64,000 nucleotides of DNA from positions 33,923 to 97,922 of the forward strand of contig JACPQZ010000045.1 of assembly GCA_016190205.1 (NCBI GenBank), read 5' to 3'. The position numbers and the translations under genes were made by a program. The notes beneath the pieces were generated by a model. That model saw nothing but the letters and a program-made list of their open reading frames with translations. It made no database searches and had not been told where the DNA came from. Below are positions 56,525 to 64,000 of this stretch, piece by piece (position 1 is the first letter of the stretch; every line of letters begins with the position of its first letter). Source of the DNA: Candidatus Omnitrophota bacterium. GTDB lineage: Bacteria; Omnitrophota; JACPQZ01.

Positions 56525-57577
56525 ATGACCGAACTTAAAATTCATGCCCTGTTGGAAGAAGTCAAAAAGAAAGACGCCTCGGATCTCCACCTGGCCGCAG
56601 GCCTGCCGCCGATGCTCCGGATCTACGGGAAATTAAAGCCGCTGGGTGACGCCATCCTGACGAGCGATGACATCCGCAGACTCACGAGCGAAGTCCTGAC
56701 CCCCGAACAGAAAAAAGAGCTGGAGGAGATGCACGAAATCGACGTTTGCGTGGAGGTTGCCGGCGTGGCGCGCTTTCGACTCAATTCCTTCTACGAGCGA
56801 AACGGGACCGGCACGGTCATGCGCCTCATCCCCTTCGAAATCCGCACGCTTTCCGACCTTGGGCTCCCGGCCGTGGTCGGAGAATTGAGCGAAACGGAGC
56901 GGGGCTTCATCATCGTTACGGGACCGACTGGGAGCGGCAAATCGACTACGCTGGCCGCCCTGGTGGACAAGATCAATTCCGAAAGGGAAGGCCACATCAT
57001 CACGATCGAAGACCCGATCGAATATGTCCACAAGCATAAAAAATGCATCGTCCAGCAAAGGCAGGTAGGTCCTCATACCCACTCCTTCGCCATGGCCTTA
57101 AGAAGCGCCCTGCGTGAAGATCCGGATGTGATCCTTGTGGGGGAGTGCCGGGACCTGGAGACCATGCAGATGGCCGTAACCGCAGCGGAGACCGGACACC
57201 TGGTGTTTACGACACTCCATACCGGCGGCGCCGTCCAGACCATCGACCGGATTATCGACATCTTCCCGCCGCACCAACAGGCCCAGGTGCGGACACAGCT
57301 CTCCGAGGCCCTGGTGGCGGTGATCTCCCAAATCCTCATCCCGCGTATGGATGGAAAAGGCCTGGTGGCCGCCTGCGAAATCCTGCGCACGAACGCCGCC
57401 GTCCGGAACTTGATCCGCGAAGGCAAGACTTACCAGATTGTTTCCGCCATTCAAGCAGGCGGGACGGAGGGCATGCAGACCCTGGAGGCGGCGTTAACCA
57501 AACTGCAGCGCGAGGGAAGGATCACTCCCGATGAAGTGCGCAAGCACATTACCCCCGCGCGAATTTCTAAGCCGTAG
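56525..57577 (+). CDS. pilT: Type IV pilus retraction ATPase
   Basis: ASDLHL, GPTGSGKSTT, TIEDPIE, LREDPD, AAETGH, AVRNLIRE, GMQT. Confidence 0.95.
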   Translation: MTELKIHALLEEVKKKDASDLHLAAGLPPMLRIYGKLKPLGDAILTSDDIRRLTSEVLTPEQKKELEEMHEIDVCVEVAGVARFRLNSFYERNGTGTVMRLIPFEIRTLSDLGLPAVVGELSETERGFIIVTGPTGSGKSTTLAALVDKINSEREGHIITIEDPIEYVHKHKKCIVQQRQVGPHTHSFAMALRSALREDPDVILVGECRDLETMQMAVTAAETGHLVFTTLHTGGAVQTIDRIIDIFPPHQQAQVRTQLSEALVAVISQILIPRMDGKGLVAACEILRTNAAVRNLIREGKTYQIVSAIQAGGTEGMQTLEAALTKLQREGRITPDEVRKHITPARISKP

Positions 57578-57586
57578 GGTGAGGGC

Positions 57587-58849
57587 ATGTTGACCAATAT
57601 CCTGCTGACCACCATCTGTCTCTTCCTACTGCTCATCTTCTGGACATATCGCCAGGATGAAAAGCGGAAAATGCGGGCGCGGCAGCCCACCGGCCAGGTG
57701 GATTCGGTATGGGATGGGGCCGAACGACGCCGGCACGCGCGCCTGAAGACGAACCTCGCCATCGCCTACCGGGTGGACGGCGAGGGGCCTGCGCCGATTC
57801 AAAAATCACGCACCAAAAATATCTCCAAGGGCGGCCTATGTCTCGTCATGAGCGAGAAACTGACCCGCGATACCCGCATCAAACTGGACATCGAAATCCC
57901 CGGCGGGGGCCAGCCTTACCAGGCGCTGGGCCTCGTGCGCCGCTGCAGGGAACGAGAATCCCAGGACGGCAAACGGCTTTTTGAAATCGGTATTCGCTTC
58001 CTCGACCTGGCGGAGGACGACTGGAAAAAAATCTTAGGTCACGTCCTGAAAAGCGCGCCGGACACTTCCCAGAAACTGGCCGTTTTTTTGGCGGCACTCA
58101 TTTTAAGCGGTTTTTTTCTGGAGCCGGTGAGCGCCGAATATCTTCAGGGGGGTGTGGGCGGACAGCAAGGCGTTAGCCGCACGAGAAGGGAGCGGCTTGC
58201 GCGGCGGGCCCAGCGCGAGAGCCAGGAAAAAAGCCTCGAAGAAGGTCTGCAACGAGAACTGGAGGAATACTCCCGCCAGCGAGAGGAACGGGAAAGACGC
58301 ATCAAAGAGGCGGGTTGGTTTGAGCAGGCGGAGGCGCACTTCGCCCGGCAGGATTTTGACCAGGCATACAAACTGTACACCCTGCTTCAGACACCCACAG
58401 TCGACCGTGTCCTTAAGGAACGGGCTCTGGAACGCATCCAGGAACTCAAGGAAAACTCCGCCTTCCAAACCATCATCCAGGAAGAGCGCAAGCAAAAGGC
58501 CATTGAGGACTTGTCCTCTGAAGACCGAGTCATCCGCCTGAATGCATTAAAACAGCTGGGCGAACTGGGCGATACCCAATCCGCAGAAGTCCTGGTAGCC
58601 ACGTTGACCGACCCCGATCCTTTCGTGCGCCGAGTAGCCGCCTGGGCCTTGGGCCGGATCGGTGACCCCTCGGGCGTGCCTCCCTTGATCAGCGCCCTCC
58701 ATGACGAACACGAATGGATTCGCCAGGAGGCCCATGGGGCGCTCGTCCAAATTACAGGCCGCGATCTGGGCGCCGAGCCTCAAGCCTGGGTGGAGTGGTG
58801 GCGTTCTTTTGATGCAAGTCGCCCGGCCGGTGATACCCAGGGCTCCTGA
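57587..58849 (+). CDS. TM-PilZ-TM-coiled coil-HEAT repeat protein
   Basis: ERRRHAR/NISKGG PilZ; second hydrophobic helix; HEAT repeats (VRRVAAWALGRIG). Confidence 0.8.
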   Translation: MLTNILLTTICLFLLLIFWTYRQDEKRKMRARQPTGQVDSVWDGAERRRHARLKTNLAIAYRVDGEGPAPIQKSRTKNISKGGLCLVMSEKLTRDTRIKLDIEIPGGGQPYQALGLVRRCRERESQDGKRLFEIGIRFLDLAEDDWKKILGHVLKSAPDTSQKLAVFLAALILSGFFLEPVSAEYLQGGVGGQQGVSRTRRERLARRAQRESQEKSLEEGLQRELEEYSRQREERERRIKEAGWFEQAEAHFARQDFDQAYKLYTLLQTPTVDRVLKERALERIQELKENSAFQTIIQEERKQKAIEDLSSEDRVIRLNALKQLGELGDTQSAEVLVATLTDPDPFVRRVAAWALGRIGDPSGVPPLISALHDEHEWIRQEAHGALVQITGRDLGAEPQAWVEWWRSFDASRPAGDTQGS

Positions 58850-59580
58850 TGAGTCTTGCCCTGCCGCTTACACACCTTAAAGCAGGTAAACGCAATCTCG
58901 CCCGCCTCATCACCTACCTGGAAAACGGGCAAGCCCCTCGCACCATCTTGTCCGCGCTGGACGCGGCCCGAAAGAAAAGCCTTCTCATCGGGATCACGGG
59001 TGCGGCCGGCGCCGGGAAAAGCACGCTTTCAGCCCACCTCATTCAGCACTTAAGAAGACCTCGGCAAAAAATCGCATTTATCGGCTGTGACCCTTCCAGT
59101 CCTTATTCGGGCGGCGCCTTTCTGGGTGACCGCGTCCGTTTGGGCGCGCTGCGGGATGAGAACCTGTTCGTGCGCAGCATGGCCACCCGAGGCGCTCCGG
59201 GAGGGATCGCCCGCGCCACCCCGGCCGCTTGCGGGGCCCTTGCCCTGGCGGGATATAACCCCATCATCATAGAGTCCGTAGGCGCCGGGCAGCTGGACGT
59301 GGCGATCAAGCGCTGGGTGGATTTGGCCGTGGTCGTCCTGGCCCCTGATCACGCGGATTCCATTCAGCTCGCCAAGGCGGGTCTTTTGGAGATCGCTGAC
59401 CTTTTCGTTCTAAACAAGATGGATCATCCTCACTCCCGTCGGGCCGAGCAGAACCTCAAGTCCCACCTCTCCCTAAACCGCAACACGATCGAGATCCCGG
59501 TGTTTCGAACAGTCGCGACGCGCGGCTCGGGGGTGCGCGAACTCGCCCGGTGGATTCAAGACAGGTTCGACTCACAATGA
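58849..59580 (+). CDS. meaB: MeaB/ArgK-family GTPase chaperone of B12 mutases
   Basis: GAAGAGKST, DPSSPYSGGAFLGDRVR, RSMATRG, ESVGAGQ, NKMD. Confidence 0.9.
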   Translation: MSLALPLTHLKAGKRNLARLITYLENGQAPRTILSALDAARKKSLLIGITGAAGAGKSTLSAHLIQHLRRPRQKIAFIGCDPSSPYSGGAFLGDRVRLGALRDENLFVRSMATRGAPGGIARATPAACGALALAGYNPIIIESVGAGQLDVAIKRWVDLAVVVLAPDHADSIQLAKAGLLEIADLFVLNKMDHPHSRRAEQNLKSHLSLNRNTIEIPVFRTVATRGSGVRELARWIQDRFDSQ

Positions 59581-59587
59581 GCGGGCA

Positions 59588-61144
59588 ATGAAAAAGAGGA
59601 TCTACACCGCTCGCGACATTCGGGGTCTCAAGCCCAGGCGGGATCTCGGGGTTCCAGGCACGTTTCCGTACACACGCGCGATCCGCGCGGACCTTTACGA
59701 AAACCGGTTTTGGACCATGCGCCTTTTTTCGGGCTTTGGCCTCCCGGATGAGACGAACCGGCGTTTTCACTACCTGCTCAAACAGGGAGAAACGGGCCTC
59801 TCCGTCGCTTTTGATCTTCCCACGCTCCTGGGTTATGACTCCGACGACCCGCAGGCGGAAGGGGAGGTGGGCCGCTGCGGGGTGGCGATTGATTCTTTAG
59901 AGGACATGGAGCTTCTATTTTCCAAGATCCACCTGGATCAGGTCTCGACCTCCATGACTATCAACGGCCCCGCGGCCATCCTCTATGCCATGTATCTGGC
60001 CTGCGCCAAAAAAAAGGGGGTACCCTGGTCCAAGATACGGGGCACCCTCCAAAACGATTGTCTTAAAGAATACATCGCCCAGAATACGTGGACGTTTCCG
60101 CCCGTCCCGGCGCTCCGGCTCATTACGGATATCTTCGCCTTTTCCGCCCGGCATGTTCCCAAGTTTAATACGATCTCGATTTCCGGGTATCATATCCGCG
60201 AGGCGGGGGCCACGGCGGCACAGGAGCTTGGCTTCACGCTGGCCAACGGGTTTACCTATGTCGAGGCCGGCATCCGGGCAGGACTGGCTGTAGATGCCTT
60301 TGCCCCAAGGCTTTCGTTTTTTTTCAACTCCCATCTCAATTTCTTCGAGGAGATCGCCAAGTACCGCGCCGCAAGGAAGCTGTGGGCGCAAACAATGAAA
60401 AGACGATTCAAAGCGCGCGAGGAGCAGTCACTCAAGCTCAGGTTTCATACCCAGACAGCAGGCTGCACCCTCACGCGCCAACAGCCTTACAACAATATCG
60501 TCCGGACCGCCTACCAGGCCCTGGCGGCTGTGCTAGGCGGGACGCAATCTCTGCACACCAACTCCCTCGATGAAACCTTCAGCCTCCCGTCAGACGAGAC
60601 GGCCAAGCTCGCCCTCCGGACCCAGCAGATCCTGGCTCACGAAACAGGCGTGACCCAGGTCGTAGACCCGCTCGGGGGATCCTATTACGTCGAGGCACTC
60701 ACCGCAGGGCTTGAGCACCAGGCCCGCGAGATCCTCAACGAAATCCGCCGTGAGGGAGGGGTTCTCGCCTGCATAGAGTCAGGCTGGTTCCAGCGCGAAA
60801 TCGCCCGCTCTGCCTACGCGGAGCAAATGGCCATCGAGAGGCGCGAGAAGATCGTGGTGGGCGTGAACGCATACGCGGAGCCCGACGAGAAATCCGCACT
60901 CCATATTCTTGAGGTTAGCCCGGCGATCGAACAAAAGCAGTGCCGCCGGCTTAAGGGGCTCAAAAAGAAGCGCTCGGCGCGCAGGGTTCAGAGGGCACTG
61001 GACAGGCTTCAAGAGCGAGCCGAGTCCCAGCAGAATTTGATGCCGTCGCTCGTAGAGGCCGCTTTATCCAACGCAACCCTGGGAGAGATGACGAGGACCC
61101 TGAAGGGAGTATTCGGCGAATATGAGCCTCCGACTGTCCTATAG
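59588..61144 (+). CDS. icmA: B12-dependent acyl-CoA mutase large subunit, isobutyryl-CoA-mutase signature
   Basis: WTMRLFSGFG (Phe), QNDCLKEYIAQ (Gln), SGYHIREAG, HTQT, QSLHTNS. Confidence 0.8.
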   Translation: MKKRIYTARDIRGLKPRRDLGVPGTFPYTRAIRADLYENRFWTMRLFSGFGLPDETNRRFHYLLKQGETGLSVAFDLPTLLGYDSDDPQAEGEVGRCGVAIDSLEDMELLFSKIHLDQVSTSMTINGPAAILYAMYLACAKKKGVPWSKIRGTLQNDCLKEYIAQNTWTFPPVPALRLITDIFAFSARHVPKFNTISISGYHIREAGATAAQELGFTLANGFTYVEAGIRAGLAVDAFAPRLSFFFNSHLNFFEEIAKYRAARKLWAQTMKRRFKAREEQSLKLRFHTQTAGCTLTRQQPYNNIVRTAYQALAAVLGGTQSLHTNSLDETFSLPSDETAKLALRTQQILAHETGVTQVVDPLGGSYYVEALTAGLEHQAREILNEIRREGGVLACIESGWFQREIARSAYAEQMAIERREKIVVGVNAYAEPDEKSALHILEVSPAIEQKQCRRLKGLKKKRSARRVQRALDRLQERAESQQNLMPSLVEAALSNATLGEMTRTLKGVFGEYEPPTVL

Positions 61145-61550
61145 CAAGAAACGCAGGATTCCTCCCCGCATTCTCGTGGCCAAGCTGGGACTCGACGGGC
61201 ACGACAGGGGCATTAAGATCATCGCCCATGCCCTGCGCGACGCAGGGTATGAAGTGATCTATACGGGTCTGTTCCAGACCCCCGAAGTCGTGGCCCAGGC
61301 CGCCGTCGAAGAGGATGTCCGTATCGTGGCCGTCAGCATCCTTTCAGGGGCCCATAAGGTTCTGCTGCCCAAGGTGGTAAAACTCCTGAAGAAGAAGGGG
61401 GCGCGGGACGTCCAGGTCATCGGGGGCGGAATCATATCTGCCAAAGACGCGGAGCGGCTAAAAAAGCAGGGGATTGCGCGCGTCTTCGGGCCGGGGACTC
61501 CCGTCCAAGAAATCATCTCGTTTCTGGACCGGGAACTGGAACGCTCATGA
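61122..61550 (+). CDS. icmB: Cobalamin-binding small subunit of acyl-CoA mutase
   Basis: KLGLDGHDRG, SILSGAH, GGII. Confidence 0.85.
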   Translation: MSLRLSYSKKRRIPPRILVAKLGLDGHDRGIKIIAHALRDAGYEVIYTGLFQTPEVVAQAAVEEDVRIVAVSILSGAHKVLLPKVVKLLKKKGARDVQVIGGGIISAKDAERLKKQGIARVFGPGTPVQEIISFLDRELERS

Positions 61551-61561
61551 TAGATCCAAAC

Positions 61562-61603
61562 CGTGCTTCGTGCTTCGTGCCTCGTGCTTCGTGGATCGTT
61601 CGT
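61562..61603. repeat. CGTGCTT-type heptamer array
   Basis: cgtgctt-cgtgctt-cgtgcct-cgtgctt-cgtggat-cgt, ending 2 nt before ATG61606. Confidence 0.85.
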
Positions 61604-61605
61604 AA

Positions 61606-62028
61606 ATGATCGTCCTAACCCAAGAGCAAAAGACGGCCATCGAACGTGAGGCACGGCAGCACTATCCGAATGAGTGCTGCGGTATACTCGCTGGGCACAT
61701 TCAGGGACGAGACAAATGTATACAGGACATTTACCCTGTCAGTAATATCAATCAGGAGCGCTCCGTAGATCGTTATAACATCGATCCAAAGGAATTTCTC
61801 GCGGTCTCCAAAAGGATAGAATCCCTGGGCCAGTCGCTCGTCGGAATCTACCATTCCCACCCGGACCATCCCGACCGGCCTTCGGAATTCGACCGGGGGC
61901 ACGCATGGGAAGTGTACTCCTACATCATCGTCGGAATTGAGCAGGGAAAAAAAGTCTCCATGCGCTCTTTCGCCCTAGACCCAAACAGGCAGTTTCAAGA
62001 AGAAGAGATCAAGATCGTCAAGCCATGA
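61606..62028 (+). CDS. JAB/MPN+ (Mec-like) metalloprotease
   Basis: YPNECCG, YHSHPDH...PSEFD. Confidence 0.9.
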   Translation: MIVLTQEQKTAIEREARQHYPNECCGILAGHIQGRDKCIQDIYPVSNINQERSVDRYNIDPKEFLAVSKRIESLGQSLVGIYHSHPDHPDRPSEFDRGHAWEVYSYIIVGIEQGKKVSMRSFALDPNRQFQEEEIKIVKP

Positions 62029-63083
62029 AGCCTTTTTCCCTTCTCATCCCAGACACGGCCTTCAAACATCCCGCAGGGCGCATCCGAACCGGATTTTACT
62101 CGGACGTCTATTTTTCCAGAACCCAAAAAATACTCGAGCGCGAGGGGCGCCGGGCGCGGGTCGTCATGCAGATCTTCTGCAAGGAGCATGCCCTTCTGTG
62201 CGGGGTCCAGGAGGTCCTGGCCCTTTTAAAACAACAGAAACCCACAGGAGCGCCGCTCAAGGTGCGCGCCCTTAAAGATGGAACGGGAATCCGTCCCTGG
62301 GAAACGGTGCTGACCCTGGAAGGGGAATACCGCGACTTTTGCACGCTGGAGACCCTCATCTTAGGGATCCTCACACGAAGAACCAGTATCGCGACACAAA
62401 TGCGGCGCTTGGTCCAGGCCGCCTCTCCGAAAGGAGTCATCTATTTTGGGGCCCGCTTCGATCATTATCTCATGCAGGAAGGGGACGGCTATGCGGTCCG
62501 CGTCGGCGGGGCCCTCGCCTCCTCCACTCCTGCCACAGAATATTGGTTCGGAAGGGAAGGTACAGGAACTATTCCGCACGGCCTGATCGCCGCCTTTCAG
62601 GGTGATACCACTGCTGCCGCACTTGCCTTTGACCGGCACATCGTTTCGAAGATCAAAAGGATCGTACTCGTGGATTTTGACAACGACTGTGTGGGCACCG
62701 CCCTGGCCACCGCCCGTGTGTTGGGAAGGAAATTATGGGGCGTTCGACTCGACACCGCAGAGAATCTGACGGACCGCGCGATCACGCGGGCAAGGTCCCG
62801 CCATCGCGGGGTCTCGCCGCTCCTCATACGTCTGGTGCGCAGGGCCCTGGACCGCGCCGGGTTTGCGCGGGTGAAAATTATCGTGAGCGGGGGGTTTAAT
62901 GAAACTCGTATCCGGGACTTTGTACGGCGCAAAGTCCCCTTCGACCTCGTAGGTGTGGGCTCGAACGTCCATCGTTTCCGTGTCGACTTTACCGCTGATG
63001 TCGTGAGTGTAAATGGCCGCCCGTGCGCCAAGGTGGGGCGCCGCTTTCGACCGAACCCAAGGCTCAAACGGGTGGACGTGTGA
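62025..63083 (+). CDS. Nicotinate phosphoribosyltransferase family protein
   Basis: SDVYF, FGAR, GTIPH, LVDFDND, GVRLDT, VSGGF, GVG. Confidence 0.88.
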   Translation: MKPFSLLIPDTAFKHPAGRIRTGFYSDVYFSRTQKILEREGRRARVVMQIFCKEHALLCGVQEVLALLKQQKPTGAPLKVRALKDGTGIRPWETVLTLEGEYRDFCTLETLILGILTRRTSIATQMRRLVQAASPKGVIYFGARFDHYLMQEGDGYAVRVGGALASSTPATEYWFGREGTGTIPHGLIAAFQGDTTAAALAFDRHIVSKIKRIVLVDFDNDCVGTALATARVLGRKLWGVRLDTAENLTDRAITRARSRHRGVSPLLIRLVRRALDRAGFARVKIIVSGGFNETRIRDFVRRKVPFDLVGVGSNVHRFRVDFTADVVSVNGRPCAKVGRRFRPNPRLKRVDV

Positions 63084-63616
63084 AGCTGCGCACGTGCCGC
63101 CGGGTTTGGCAGGGGAGGGTCTTCACGGTTGAACAGGCGGAATTTGAAATGGCGAGAGGCGCCCGAAAGCTGGACATCGTGCGGCACGGCGGGGCCAGCG
63201 TCATCCTGTCTGTGCTCAAGCGCAATCGGATCTTGCTCATCCGCCAGGCGCGCCCTGCCGTGGGAAGGGTTATCTGGGAACTTCCGGCCGGTACCATTGG
63301 GAGAGGGGAAAGCCCCTTGGCCTGCGCCCGCCGCGAGCTCGCCGAGGAGACCGGCTGGCGAGCCGGAAGAATCAAACACCTGATCTCATTCTTTCCCAGC
63401 CCTGGATTTTGTGACGAGAAGATGCATGTCTTCGTCGCCACACAACTAAGTTTCGTCGGCCAAAGACTCGAACCTGACGAGGAGCTTACGGTCCGAACCG
63501 TGACTTTAAAACAAGTGCTGGACATGATCCAAAAAGGCCTGATCCACGACGCGAAGACCATCGTTGCTCTACTGGTCTGGCAGCTTAATCGTAAAAAACA
63601 CGGCCGTGACTCGTAA
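63080..63616 (+). CDS. NUDIX hydrolase (ADP-ribose pyrophosphatase-like)
   Basis: ELPAG...GE....A.RELAEETG, SPG, DAKT. Confidence 0.9.
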   Translation: MKLRTCRRVWQGRVFTVEQAEFEMARGARKLDIVRHGGASVILSVLKRNRILLIRQARPAVGRVIWELPAGTIGRGESPLACARRELAEETGWRAGRIKHLISFFPSPGFCDEKMHVFVATQLSFVGQRLEPDEELTVRTVTLKQVLDMIQKGLIHDAKTIVALLVWQLNRKKHGRDS

Positions 63617-63694
63617 TCCGTGACCCGTGACCCGTGAATTGTGAACTGCGGTATATCTACTTATGCTAGCGACGAGCGACGAGCGACGAGCGAC
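63605..63694. repeat. Two heptamer arrays (CGTGACC-type x6; AGCGACG x4)
   Basis: cgtgact-cgtaatc-cgtgacc-cgtgacc-cgtgaat-tgtgaac ... agcgacg-agcgacg-agcgacg-agcgac. Confidence 0.8.
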
Positions 63695-63698
63695 AAAC

Positions 63699-64000
63699 GT
63701 GCCAATAATCACGCTGCTCACAGACTTCGGCACTAAAGATTCCTACGTAGCCCAAATGCAGGGAGTGATCTTAAGCGCCCTGCCGGAGGCGCGCATCGTT
63801 CATCTGGGACATGAAATCCCGCCGCAGAACGTCCGCAAGGCCGGTCTCTTCCTGCTGGCGGCCTATGGGTATTATCCGGCGGGGACCCTGCATGTGGTGG
63901 TCGTCGACCCCGGCGTGGGAACCGGACGTAAAATTCTAGCCATCGAAACAAGCCGCTACCGCTTCCTTGTACCCGATAACGGCCTCATCGGCCCTGTGCT
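63699..64000 (+). CDS. SAM hydroxide adenosyltransferase / halogenase family (DUF62), truncated by window end
   Basis: GTG start; IITLLTDFG..D.YV..M.GV, VVDPGVGT.R, PDNG. Confidence 0.9.
   Translation, partial: MPIITLLTDFGTKDSYVAQMQGVILSALPEARIVHLGHEIPPQNVRKAGLFLLAAYGYYPAGTLHVVVVDPGVGTGRKILAIETSRYRFLVPDNGLIGPV

Noticed and set aside
63699-64000. Fluorinase/chlorinase biosynthetic cluster
   Set aside because: Gene is truncated, DUF62 hydrolases are common and there is no secondary-metabolite context.

Overview
A GC-rich, gene-dense 64 kb window with almost all genes on the + strand. It most likely comes from a PVC-superphylum bacterium, probably Candidatus Omnitrophota. This is inferred from a PVC-type small basic protein, three TIGR04073-like paralogs and a Minf_1886-like gene. 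About 65 CDSs cover acs, accBC, a PPi-type PFK, heptose genes, glpK with a lipid/beta-oxidation run, a glycine cleavage operon, dcd, pilT, a B12 acyl-CoA mutase module, PilZ and HD-GYP proteins, and one tRNA-Gly(CCC). No CRISPR array, transposase or integrase was seen. Most notable: (1) an in-frame fusion of an AGCS Na+/Ala-Gly symporter to a complete GcvT heading gcvH-gcvPA-gcvPB-lipoate ligase, a candidate membrane-tethered, transport-coupled glycine cleavage system; (2) about 15 short elements with 7-bp periodicity but different unit sequences at gene junctions, two of them inside CDSs; (3) a folded ~230-bp element behind tRNA-Gly bounded by copies of the tRNA 3' end; (4) a candidate sRNA and two unannotated small membrane peptides; (5) several enzymes with altered catalytic signatures (GpmI-like, YD-GYP, ATP-grasp, isobutyryl-CoA-type mutase). 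All family calls come from motif recognition by eye, not database searches.
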